From Bdellovibrionota bacterium (GTDB lineage Bacteria; Bdellovibrionota; Bdellovibrionia; Bdellovibrionales; JAMPXM01): DNA of 64,000 nucleotides. Shown one piece after another: positions 8,932-17,334 of the stretch (the first letter of the stretch is position 1; the number at the start of each line of letters is the position of its first letter). The notes under the pieces are model-generated. The model made no database searches. It was not told where the DNA came from and was given only the letters and a program-made list of their open reading frames with translations. Position numbers and translations under genes: made by a program. The stretch is from assembly GCA_963170185.1 (NCBI GenBank), contig CAUJGS010000041.1, forward strand, positions 8,262 through 72,261, read 5' to 3'.

Positions 8932-8964
8932 AAACAAAAAAAGCGCAGCTGGTGACTGCGCCCT
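8932..8964 (-). terminator. intrinsic terminator downstream of the deoxyhypusine-synthase-like gene
   Basis: Minus strand reads GGGCGCAG-tcaccag-CTGCGC followed by TTTTTTTGTTTC. Confidence 0.75.
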
Positions 8965-9062
8965 TTTGGCTGGCCTGAGCTATGGTTGTGTGCAGGCCGG
9001 AATTTTAGTTTGCATCGCGCGCCAGTCGAATATTCGAAGAGCGCAAGGTCTTAGGGCGGGAA

Positions 9063-10055
9063 CTACTTGTTCATCACGTAAGCGAAGATCAGGGGCGCGA
9101 CGATCGTCGCGTCCGATTCGATCACGAAGCGTGGTGTGTCGACGCCGAGTTTACCCCAAGTGATTTTCTCGTTGGGGATCGCGCCTGAGTACGAACCGTA
9201 CGAAGTCGTCGAGTCCGAGATTTGGCAGAAGTAACCCCAAAGTGGCGTGTCGCGCTGAAGATCTTGTTGAAGCATTGGAACAACGCAGATCGGGAAGTCG
9301 CCCGCGATACCGCCGCCGATTTGGAAAAATCCAATCGACGATTTCGGTGCAGTTTCTGTGTACCAGCTAGCGAGTTCCGTCATGTACTCGATACCCGAGC
9401 GCACGGTGTGGACGTTCTTGATATCGCCTTGCATGCAGTGAGCAGCGTAGATGTTGCCGAGAGTTGCATCTTCCCAGCCCGGAACGATCATCGGGAGGTT
9501 TTTTTCGGCTGCGGCCATCAGCCACGAGTCTTTCGGGTCAATTTGATAGAACTTCTTAAGCTCGCCGCTTAAGAGAATCTTGTACATGAATTGGTGAGGG
9601 AAGAAGCGCTCGCCGGCTTTGTCGGCTTTTTGCCAATGCTCGAGAACAGCGTGCTCGATACGACGGATCGCCTCTTCTTCTGGGATACATGTGTCAGTGA
9701 CGCGGTTTAAGTGACGGTCGAGGAGCTTTTGCTCGTCTTCCGGAGTCAAATCGCGGTAGTTTGGGATGCGCACGTAGTGATCATGAGCAACGAGGTTGAA
9801 AACGTCTTCTTCAAGGTTTGCACCCGTGCAGCAGATCGCGTGGACCTTGTCTTGACGGATCATCTCCGCCAAAGAAAGACCGAGTTCGGCCGTCGACATC
9901 GCTCCCGCGAGTGTCACAAGCATCTTTCCGCCGCCATTTAGGTGCTTTTCGTAGGCTTGTGCTGCATCTTTCAGCGCTGCCGCATTGAAGTGACGGTAGT
10001 TGTAGTCGATGAACTGGCGAACAGTTCCGGTCGATGCTGTGGTAGTAGCTGCCAT
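9063..10055 (-). CDS. deoxyhypusine synthase family protein
   Basis: About 330 aa from MAATTTAS (SD AAAGAGG upstream). Family-typical stretches: LAGAMSTAELGL, AICCTGANLEED, FQIGGGIAGDFPICV, ISDSTTSYGSYSGA. Confidence 0.85.
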   Translation of the reverse strand: MAATTTASTGTVRQFIDYNYRHFNAAALKDAAQAYEKHLNGGGKMLVTLAGAMSTAELGLSLAEMIRQDKVHAICCTGANLEEDVFNLVAHDHYVRIPNYRDLTPEDEQKLLDRHLNRVTDTCIPEEEAIRRIEHAVLEHWQKADKAGERFFPHQFMYKILLSGELKKFYQIDPKDSWLMAAAEKNLPMIVPGWEDATLGNIYAAHCMQGDIKNVHTVRSGIEYMTELASWYTETAPKSSIGFFQIGGGIAGDFPICVVPMLQQDLQRDTPLWGYFCQISDSTTSYGSYSGAIPNEKITWGKLGVDTPRFVIESDATIVAPLIFAYVMNK

Positions 10056-10182
10056 TTTTTGGACCTCTTTAAAGCGTTTTACGTGTCGGGAGGTGATACC
10101 CCTTGTACCCCCAGCAGGCAATGCCAAATCGCGTGGAATTTTGGTGGCAATCTGACCGGTTTTCTCCTAGATATTCGGCCCC

Positions 10183-10938
10183 ATGAGCCAACCTCCGCGT
10201 CCGTCGCCACTGCATTCGCCGATTTTTGCCGCCAAAGATCTGTTTGAAACCCGTTACCAAGGGGCCAATGCCGTGCTGGTCGCCGGTTCCGTTGTGCGCG
10301 GGGAGGCTTCGACGTATTCGGATCTCGATCTCGTCGTGATTTTTCCCAAAGTAGGAATGGCGTATCGCGAGTCGTTTACTCATAAGGGCTGGCCAGTGGA
10401 GGCGTTTATTCACGACCTCGAAACGCTTCGCTACTTCTTCTACCGTGTCGATCGTCCCGAGGGTTCGGCCACACTTTGCGACATGGTACGCGAAGGTCTT
10501 GAGGTTCCGGCGCCGACGGCGGCAACTCGTGAGGCGAAAGAACTCGCGGCCGAGATTCTACGCGAGGGACCTCCCAAGCTTGCGGCTGAAGACATCGAGG
10601 ATCGCCGCTATATGATCTCGGAAATGATCGACGACCTTCGTGAACCGCGCAGTCGACACGAACTAAACGCCTCCGGCGCACGTTTGTTTGGTGAGCTTGG
10701 CGACTTCTACTGCCGTTCGCGCGGCGGGTGGACAGGACACGGAAAAGGACTTCTCAAGCGAATCAAGTCGCAGGACCCGGTTTTGGCTCGTCGTTACTCG
10801 GAGGCCTTTGATCAGCTCTTTCAGCACGGTCAACCGGCGATGGTGATCACGATGGCCGAGGAACTGCTTGCGCCATACGGTGGGCTGCTGTTTGACGCCT
10901 ACCGTCGGGATGCGCTGCCAAGTCAGCGCGGCCGCTAG
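10183..10938 (+). CDS. nucleotidyltransferase-domain protein (KNTase/ANT-like two-domain architecture)
   Basis: Polymerase-beta NTase motif GSVVRGEASTYSDLDLVVIF, followed by a helical C-terminal domain. 251 aa. Confidence 0.65.
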   Translation: MSQPPRPSPLHSPIFAAKDLFETRYQGANAVLVAGSVVRGEASTYSDLDLVVIFPKVGMAYRESFTHKGWPVEAFIHDLETLRYFFYRVDRPEGSATLCDMVREGLEVPAPTAATREAKELAAEILREGPPKLAAEDIEDRRYMISEMIDDLREPRSRHELNASGARLFGELGDFYCRSRGGWTGHGKGLLKRIKSQDPVLARRYSEAFDQLFQHGQPAMVITMAEELLAPYGGLLFDAYRRDALPSQRGR

Positions 10939-12005
10939 TTCGAGCTAGGCTTTGCCGGAGCGTTGGCGACCGATGCGAAGAAATGCATGAGCAGGATCTG
11001 AACGTTGGTTGTCTCGCCTTCGTCGTTGTCGACGATTTCCGCGACATCGCGATGGAATTTTTCGACGAGTTCCAAAACCTTACCGGAAGCCTCTTTTGAC
11101 ATCGGCCGTACGCGGACCGAGGAAACACTCGGGTTGATCCAGTCTTGTGCGGGGGCGCCAGATGGTACAGTCAAGTAGCGTTCGGCGGTGAGGCCGGTAG
11201 AATATCGCGTAAGACCTTTCAGTCTCGTGTTGGCGAGACTTCCAAAGGAAAAACAATCGCCCTGACTTGTGTATCTCGTTCCGTCGAACTCGACACAGCC
11301 GAGTTCGAGAAGGGCTTTCAGCGTGGTGCGTGCTTCTTGCGTTGAGCAAGTCGCGTGTCTGGCGACGAAGTCGTCGTCATGCTTTTTAAGCGCTTTGTAA
11401 ACATCGAGTTCGATCGCCGCTTTGACAAACACCGCAAGGGGATTGGCCGCAACGAGGTCGATACATTGCTGATGCCAGGCATAGAAGGACTGAACTTCCG
11501 GAAGCAGCAAGGGGTCGACAAACCCCTCGAGCCACCCCATCAAGAGCGAGGGTTTTGAAGCGATAAGGCGCTGAACATCGGCGAGCATCACGTGTGACTC
11601 GCCGGCTTTCAGGCGACGAATGGTTCGGGGCGAACTGGAAAGTGCGCGTTGGATGAAGCGGTGATCGGTCAAAAAGTAGTTGATGACAGCTTTGGAGTTG
11701 AACTCGCCGACGAATGACCAAAAGATGCTGCGAAAATGTTTTTCGATCGCATGGCCTTCAAGTGTTGCGAGCTTGACGAAGTCGTCCCAAGAAATATGCG
11801 TCGATCCACTTTCCCATTTTCCGACCTGGTTGAACGAATATCCGAGCTTCTGACTTAAGTCGCGCTGAGTGCTGTCGCCGCGCATGGCGCGCACGATTTC
11901 ACGGGCGAGAGTGTCGTGATCGATCTTGGTCACCGGGCGTGGGCTATTAGGTGAGCGAAGGGGCGTTCCCGACTCAGGTGTGTTGGATGGTGGTTGAAGC
12001 TCCAT
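10935..12005 (-). CDS. HTH (XRE-like) protein, TIGR02147/DUF4423-like
   Basis: HTH segment STQRDLSQKLGYSFNQVGKWESGSTHISW, followed by a ~250-aa C-terminal domain. Architecture matches the TIGR02147 family. Confidence 0.6.
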   Translation of the reverse strand: MELQPPSNTPESGTPLRSPNSPRPVTKIDHDTLAREIVRAMRGDSTQRDLSQKLGYSFNQVGKWESGSTHISWDDFVKLATLEGHAIEKHFRSIFWSFVGEFNSKAVINYFLTDHRFIQRALSSSPRTIRRLKAGESHVMLADVQRLIASKPSLLMGWLEGFVDPLLLPEVQSFYAWHQQCIDLVAANPLAVFVKAAIELDVYKALKKHDDDFVARHATCSTQEARTTLKALLELGCVEFDGTRYTSQGDCFSFGSLANTRLKGLTRYSTGLTAERYLTVPSGAPAQDWINPSVSSVRVRPMSKEASGKVLELVEKFHRDVAEIVDNDEGETTNVQILLMHFFASVANAPAKPSSN

Positions 12006-12097
12006 ACGTCCCCTTTTTGTTTCCGGTTTTGGAGATCGGCGGACAAATCCGGAAAGTTCGGTCGTTTTCCTTACGACAAGGTCGAAGACTTAGCGGA

Positions 12098-13240
12098 ATG
12101 ATGAATTCAACTCAAATTCCAAAGTCTCAGTCGCTTGAAATCGAAATGGCAGCCATCTGGGCGCGTCAGGCTGCACGAGCCGCGTCGGGCGGTAACGCTC
12201 AGCCATGGGTCGTGAAGATAGAGCGTTTGTCTGACAATCGCCTTTTGTTTCGCTTAGGAATAGACTCTCGCTACTCTTGTCGGCCTTCGCCAATGGATGT
12301 CGATGGCAAGGCGGCGCTGATGGCGCTGGGGTGTTATGCGGTTTATGTCGAAGCTTTTGCGGCACTTGCCGGTTTCGAAGTTCAAAGTCGGTCTTTGGCG
12401 GCGGGGGAAACCGCGTGGGAGACAGAGGTCTCTCTGGTGTTTCGTCCGGTTGTTGGTGCGCGCAAGACGAAGTATTCCGAACAAGCGTTGCAGCAGCGTT
12501 GGACCGACCGTCGGGTTTATGAGACGGCGCCCTGTCCTCCTGATTTGCAGCGACGCATGCAAGATGTTTTAAAAGACTACGGCGGTATCCGCGCGACTTC
12601 GGTTCGCTCACGTATTGAGGCCGCAATCGGACCGTTAAGAAAACTCGAAGCCTTGCGCTGGAAAAACAAAAAATTTCGCGACTCGCTTTTTGAGGAGATC
12701 GACTTTTCCAGCGGCAAGGACGCTGGGGCGAGTAGGAAAATTCCCGCCTCACAACTGGGGGTTGAGGGGTTTGATCTTTTATTTTTGCGCTTGATGCACG
12801 GGTATCCCGCTTTGCGCACGATTTTAAGTATGGGTGGGTCGGAGATCGTCGCAAGAAAAACAGTGCCTCGCTTGCTTCGAGCTTCGTCGGGGGTTTGGTT
12901 TCTTCAGGCCGAAGTGAAATCAAACGCGGCCGTGTTTGATTTGGGAAGGTGCTTTCAGGAGCTATGGCTTGTCGTGAACGATTACGGCTATTCCTTTCAG
13001 CCCATAGGACTGCCTTTGGTGGCACTTTCTTATTGGAGCGGCGACAGTTGCGGGATCGGTCAATCGCCCGCGCAGACCGGTGTCGTGCGGGAGGTAACAG
13101 GGGTGCTTCGGGAGAAATTCGACTTAGACTTAAAAGAACTTGTTCTGGGCTTTCGCTTTGGCGCGACGAAAATCTCGCAAAGTGTTTCGTCAAGACTGAG
13201 CCCGCGCGCGGAACCGCAAATCGAAAGCAGCAAAACCTGA
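12098..13240 (+). CDS. tandem nitroreductase-like (Acg-family-like) FMN-binding protein
   Basis: Start at ATGATG 12098. Motif AARAASGGNAQPWVV resembles the nitroreductase SxxNxQPW signature. The ~380-aa length fits a two-lobed Acg-type protein. Confidence 0.6.
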   Translation: MMNSTQIPKSQSLEIEMAAIWARQAARAASGGNAQPWVVKIERLSDNRLLFRLGIDSRYSCRPSPMDVDGKAALMALGCYAVYVEAFAALAGFEVQSRSLAAGETAWETEVSLVFRPVVGARKTKYSEQALQQRWTDRRVYETAPCPPDLQRRMQDVLKDYGGIRATSVRSRIEAAIGPLRKLEALRWKNKKFRDSLFEEIDFSSGKDAGASRKIPASQLGVEGFDLLFLRLMHGYPALRTILSMGGSEIVARKTVPRLLRASSGVWFLQAEVKSNAAVFDLGRCFQELWLVVNDYGYSFQPIGLPLVALSYWSGDSCGIGQSPAQTGVVREVTGVLREKFDLDLKELVLGFRFGATKISQSVSSRLSPRAEPQIESSKT

Positions 13241-13380
13241 AGGACACAGCGACATATCCCGAATCTTTCGATGCCCCTGCATCGAAAGCAGCGAAGTCCG
13301 AAGGACGCAGCGACATATTCCAATCTTTCGATGCCCCTGCATCGAAAGCAGCGAAGTCCGAAGGACGCAGCGACATATTA
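13221..13380 (-). repeat. 2.7 tandem copies of a 60-bp two-hairpin element (family locus A)
   Basis: 13261-13320 and 13321-13380 differ at 2 positions; 13221-13260 is a degenerate partial copy. Each unit holds a perfect 10-bp stem (CTTTCGATGC/GCATCGAAAG, 4-nt loop) plus a small GTCC/GGAC hairpin. Confidence 0.95.
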
Positions 13381-14613
13381 GTTTCTGGCGTAGCCGTCGA
13401 AGTGAATGGGCCACGCGATCATGTCGCGTAGGGCGAATACGGTTCGAAAGTACGGAAGAACCGGAAGTGGCCAGGTGGCGCTTGGGTCGACCGCTTCGTA
13501 TGCGGAGCCGCCAAGAAACGAGGGCTCGTAGAGCGCGGAAAACACCTTGAGACGGCACTCTTTGAGCGCGCGAGCGATGATCTTGTCGAGTTCCAGATAC
13601 TGCGAGCGATACGTGCGTTCAAACGGCCAGCGTCCAGTGAGCTGGTCGCGCATGGAGAGTTCATTGGGCAGGCGATAATTGATCGCCGCGCAAAGGCCCG
13701 ACGGAAGCTTTTCGTCGCCAAAGCTTTTTAGTAGGCGTTCTTCGAGATTTAAGATGCTTAGGTAGCTCGAGCTTGCCAGCCAAGTCCGTCGGGCCCGACG
13801 TATGAGATTGGTCGGAAGCGGCTGCCATTTGGACTCTTGCAACCATCCGCGATCGACGTATTCACGATACGCGACACGCTCAAGATCAAGGATCGCAAGC
13901 CCGGTCAACAAGAGTGGCATGTACTCGGTGGTCAATAGTAGGCTTGCGAGCTTTCGTGTTTCGTGAAGAGCCTCTAGCGGTTGACCATCGAGAGTTCCTC
14001 TTAAGAGTCGAACCTTGGCGGCCGAGATGAGATCCAAAGTGTCTGGCGAGGGTATGAAATTGTAGGGAACGAACTGTCGTTTTTTTCCGAGCGCCTCCAA
14101 TGGAGACGCGGTTTCAATGTCCCAGATTTCGAATCCGCCGAGCTCCGAGAAGACGGCTGTTTCCCCTTTGAGGCGTCCACTTTCTAAAAAGCTTCGTCCT
14201 TTGATCCAGTCGTCTTGATAGCGCAAAAGAAATTCGCGCGACTCTGGCGGCACCAAAGGGGTTTTGCGGCCAAAGCTTGCTTGGTCGGCCGGTGCCGCTG
14301 GTGACCAGTAGAGTTTCGCATTGAGAACGGGACCTGCATTTTTTCCGGTTTTGGGCATCAGAGCCCGAAGCGGTTCGGCGGCGGGTGCGCTGTTTAAAAA
14401 CTCAAGATCGGCGCTGAAGGTGTCGTAGTGGCGCGCGTAGATCGCCTCGGTCTCATGAAGTTTCGTGGCGATGTTGCCGCGAAGAAGAAGCTCGACCGAG
14501 AGAATGTAGAGAAAAAAGAGCGCAATAAAGGACGGCGCTCCAAGAAGGAGCGCATGTCGAAGAGAGATTAGGCTGTTTGGGCTCGGAGCCACGTTCTCAC
14601 GTACGTCTTCCAC
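13378..14613 (-). CDS. hypothetical membrane-anchored protein
   Basis: 411-aa ORF with an N-terminal hydrophobic helix (LLLGAPSFIALFFLYILSVELLL). No domain recognised. Its 5' end overlaps the desaturase 3' end by 46 nt, so the true start may lie further downstream. Confidence 0.6.
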   Translation of the reverse strand: MEDVRENVAPSPNSLISLRHALLLGAPSFIALFFLYILSVELLLRGNIATKLHETEAIYARHYDTFSADLEFLNSAPAAEPLRALMPKTGKNAGPVLNAKLYWSPAAPADQASFGRKTPLVPPESREFLLRYQDDWIKGRSFLESGRLKGETAVFSELGGFEIWDIETASPLEALGKKRQFVPYNFIPSPDTLDLISAAKVRLLRGTLDGQPLEALHETRKLASLLLTTEYMPLLLTGLAILDLERVAYREYVDRGWLQESKWQPLPTNLIRRARRTWLASSSYLSILNLEERLLKSFGDEKLPSGLCAAINYRLPNELSMRDQLTGRWPFERTYRSQYLELDKIIARALKECRLKVFSALYEPSFLGGSAYEAVDPSATWPLPVLPYFRTVFALRDMIAWPIHFDGYARN

Positions 14614-15764
14614 GCTATGAGAGCATTGTTCATCTCAATGCGTGCAAGCTCAAGCTCCGCTCGCTTTTCAACCAAAACTTGATTCCAAGAATGTTCTTCT
14701 TTGTAGCGTTTGATATCGGCCTGGATGGCCTTCCAGCGCGTCTGAGCCGCCAGAATTCGTTCGCGAAGCAGGCGAACGCGTTCTTGATTGGCGCCGCGCG
14801 CCAAAATACGCTTCTCCTCCATGGCGATGCGGGCTTTTAAGATTTCCTCGGCTGAAACTTTTTTGAGCCGTTTGGCAAGGCCGACGATGGCCATCGAGGC
14901 GATGACCCACTTTGATGGGTCCCACTGATACCAGCGCACACCATTTCGGTAATCAGCTTGGAAGTAGTGGTGATAGTTGTGATAGCCCTCGCCGAAAGTG
15001 AGAAACGCCATCGTGAAGCTGTCGCGAGCGGTGTTTTTGTCGGTGTAAGGTTGGTTGCCGAACGTGTGTGCGGCCGAGTTGATCAAGAAGGTCGAGTGCT
15101 GCGAGAGCACGATGCGCGTGAGGCCGCCAACTAAAACTCCCGGCCAAAACCCAAAGCCAAGCGCCATTCCAATTAGACCCGGTACGACGAAGCCCATGAA
15201 GATCGCAACGACGATGTAGTAGTTGTGCTGAAGCTGGACCCACTTGTGCGTCGCTAGATCGCGGGGAATGACGTCGACATCGGGGTGGCGATCTTTGAAC
15301 AGCATCCAACCAAGGTGTGCGTGAAAGAAACCTTTGTTGATAGTGTAGGGATCTTCATCGGTATCGACTTCGCGGTGGTGGCGGCGGTGGTCCGCTGCCC
15401 AACGAAGCGCAGACCCTTGAAAGGCCATCGACGCCACCAGCAGGAACATCACCTGCACCCACATCGGCACATCAAAACTGCGATGCGCGAAGTAGCGGTG
15501 GTAACAAACGGTGATGCTCAAGTTGGAGATTGAATAGAGAATCACGAGAAACGCCGTTAATCCCCAGCTCCAACCATGAAAATACATGTAAATGGGAAGC
15601 AAGATGACAGCCAGCAGAGGTGTCACCACCAAGAAGATCGCACTGACCCAGTTGATCTCTCGCAAGAGTTCGCGGAACGTCATCTCTCGGACTGATTTAG
15701 GATGTGACGCTCGCGAATTCTCGATCTTTTGAACCGAGTCTGAAATTTGACTGTTCTGATTCAT
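14568..15764 (-). CDS. acyl-CoA (delta-9) fatty-acid desaturase
   Basis: Three His boxes: HRYFAHRSF, HRRHHREVDTDEDPY, HNYHHYFQADYRNG. Four TM helices, plus a coiled-coil-like C-terminal ~90 aa. Confidence 0.9.
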   Translation of the reverse strand: MNQNSQISDSVQKIENSRASHPKSVREMTFRELLREINWVSAIFLVVTPLLAVILLPIYMYFHGWSWGLTAFLVILYSISNLSITVCYHRYFAHRSFDVPMWVQVMFLLVASMAFQGSALRWAADHRRHHREVDTDEDPYTINKGFFHAHLGWMLFKDRHPDVDVIPRDLATHKWVQLQHNYYIVVAIFMGFVVPGLIGMALGFGFWPGVLVGGLTRIVLSQHSTFLINSAAHTFGNQPYTDKNTARDSFTMAFLTFGEGYHNYHHYFQADYRNGVRWYQWDPSKWVIASMAIVGLAKRLKKVSAEEILKARIAMEEKRILARGANQERVRLLRERILAAQTRWKAIQADIKRYKEEHSWNQVLVEKRAELELARIEMNNALIAWKTYVRTWLRAQTA

Positions 15765-15823
15765 GTTTCCTCGTCGTTCGCGGAATTTGGCCCTAGAATC
15801 AGTCTAAAAAAAGCGGGGACGAG

Positions 15824-16612
15824 TTGCACTTGAAAAGAAGAGAAAAATCGACCTGGACCGGTCGGCGATTTGTCACAGTTTTGTCAGTTTCGTTAATAGC
15901 CATCGTTATTTTCTCATTGGCGAACTTTGACGCTATGAAACAGCCGGCGCAAGCGGCTGATGCGACCAAGGAAAATACTAGAGCGATCGCGCCAGTGGGC
16001 TCTCGGAACGAGACAGTGATCGTGTTCATCGGGGACTCTTTGACCCAAGGTTATGGTGTCCGAGCCGAAGAAGCTTATCCCGAACTCGTGGGAAAACAGC
16101 TTCGCGACAAAGGCTACTCAGTCAAAATCATCAACGGCGGGATCAGTGGTTCTGTCACTGCGGAAGCCGATCGCCGCTTGCGATGGTACCTGCGTGCGAA
16201 ACCGCAGATCGTGGTTTTAGCACTTGGCGCCAACGACGGAATGAAGGGTGCTCCGCCGGATGTGATTGAGAAGAATTTGAAAAAGGCCATCGATCTCGCC
16301 AAAGCAAACGGCATCGACGTGGTGTTGGCGGGACTAAAAATGTTCACCAATTTGGGTGACGAGTACTTGCGGAAGTACGAGGCGATTTTTCCCCGTCTAG
16401 CTAAGGAAACCAAAGTGCAGCTGATTCCATTTTTGCTCGAAGATGTCGCGCTTCAAAAAGAGTACAACCAAAGCGATATGCGACACCCCAATCCCAAGGG
16501 GCACGAGGTCATCGCCAATCGGGTGACGAAATCCTTGGAAGGGCTCTTAGTGAAGCATGCGAAAGCTCAAACGAGTTCCCAAACCAACCCTCAAGACGGA
16601 GTGAAGCAGTGA
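15824..16612 (+). CDS. SGNH/GDSL arylesterase / acyl-CoA thioesterase I-like (TesA-like)
   Basis: Blocks FIGDSLTQGYG, GGISGS, LALGANDG, MRHPNPKGH. N-terminal signal/anchor. Positioned beside ybbA/ybbP-like genes, as tesA is in E. coli. Confidence 0.8.
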   Translation: MHLKRREKSTWTGRRFVTVLSVSLIAIVIFSLANFDAMKQPAQAADATKENTRAIAPVGSRNETVIVFIGDSLTQGYGVRAEEAYPELVGKQLRDKGYSVKIINGGISGSVTAEADRRLRWYLRAKPQIVVLALGANDGMKGAPPDVIEKNLKKAIDLAKANGIDVVLAGLKMFTNLGDEYLRKYEAIFPRLAKETKVQLIPFLLEDVALQKEYNQSDMRHPNPKGHEVIANRVTKSLEGLLVKHAKAQTSSQTNPQDGVKQ

Positions 16613-17334
16613 GTGACCCGGTTTTGGTCTGCGCAAAAGTCAAAAAGTCGTACGTGATTCCTGGAGAATCGGGAGCGGCTGGCCGTCTCGAGGTTTTAAA
16701 GGGCATCGATTTCGAAGTTCGCGCCGGCGAGACACTGGCGATTATGGGGCGATCCGGCGGCGGAAAGTCGACCTTGCTCAGCTGTATCTCCGGTCTTGAT
16801 GTCATCGACTCGGGTGAAATACGTCTGATGGGCCAAAACCTTTCGGCGCTCGATGCCAACTCGCTTAACGCATTTCGCGCAAGCCGTATCGGAATCGTGT
16901 TTCAACAATTTCAATTGCTCGACCATTTCACCGCGCTAGAAAACGTGCGACTCCCATTGGATCTTGCCGGCGTATCGCCGGAAAAGGCCGATCAAGTGGC
17001 GCTAGAAAAACTTGAGCGCGTTGGTTTAGCTGGGCGTGAGTCGCATTTCCCGGATCGCATGAGCCGCGGCGAGTGTCAGCGCGTGGCTATCGCACGCGTG
17101 TTGGCGATGGGGGTTCCGGTGATCTACGCCGACGAACCGACAGGAAGTTTGGATGTCAAAACGGGGAAAGTGGTCATGGATCTGCTCTTTACCTCGGCCA
17201 AAGAATCCGGAGCGGCCCTGGTCTTGGTGACACACGATCCACTTTTGGCGAAACGCTGTGATCGCATCTTGAGAATCGAAGACGGACTCCTTAAAGAAGG
17301 ACCGCTTGAGCTGACGAGCGAGCTTGGTGTCTGA
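16609..17334 (+). CDS. ABC transporter ATP-binding protein (YbbA/LolD-like)
   Basis: Walker A GRSGGGKST, signature MSRGECQRVAIAR, Walker B VIYADEPTGSLD. Its start overlaps the upstream stop. Confidence 0.85.
   Translation: MSDPVLVCAKVKKSYVIPGESGAAGRLEVLKGIDFEVRAGETLAIMGRSGGGKSTLLSCISGLDVIDSGEIRLMGQNLSALDANSLNAFRASRIGIVFQQFQLLDHFTALENVRLPLDLAGVSPEKADQVALEKLERVGLAGRESHFPDRMSRGECQRVAIARVLAMGVPVIYADEPTGSLDVKTGKVVMDLLFTSAKESGAALVLVTHDPLLAKRCDRILRIEDGLLKEGPLELTSELGV

Noticed and set aside
8771-9163. 130-aa plus-strand ORF, plus a 49-aa basic ORF (ATG 8836), in the RAYT copy-1 / DHS intergenic region.
   Set aside because: The long ORF runs through a strong terminator and antisense into the DHS gene. 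The short one also spans the terminator hairpin. They are kept only as frame-homology context for the G-rich flank finding.
12090-13376. 428-aa minus-strand ORF starting inside the 60-bp repeats. It translates them as a tandem 20-aa unit (MSLRPSDFAAFDAGASKDWN x2), and the period is a multiple of 3.
   Set aside because: It runs antisense through the whole nitroreductase-like gene with an extreme Arg/Ser/Pro low-complexity composition. The related repeat loci (20.7, 40.6, 54.7 kb) do not keep this frame or an ATG. Conserved pairing with compensatory changes fits an RNA/DNA structure better than a peptide.
13221-13380. Possible CRISPR array (regular 60-bp period with palindromic core).
   Set aside because: The whole 60-bp unit repeats, so there are no unique spacers. 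There are only about 2.7 copies, no cas genes in the window, and related single copies lie elsewhere.
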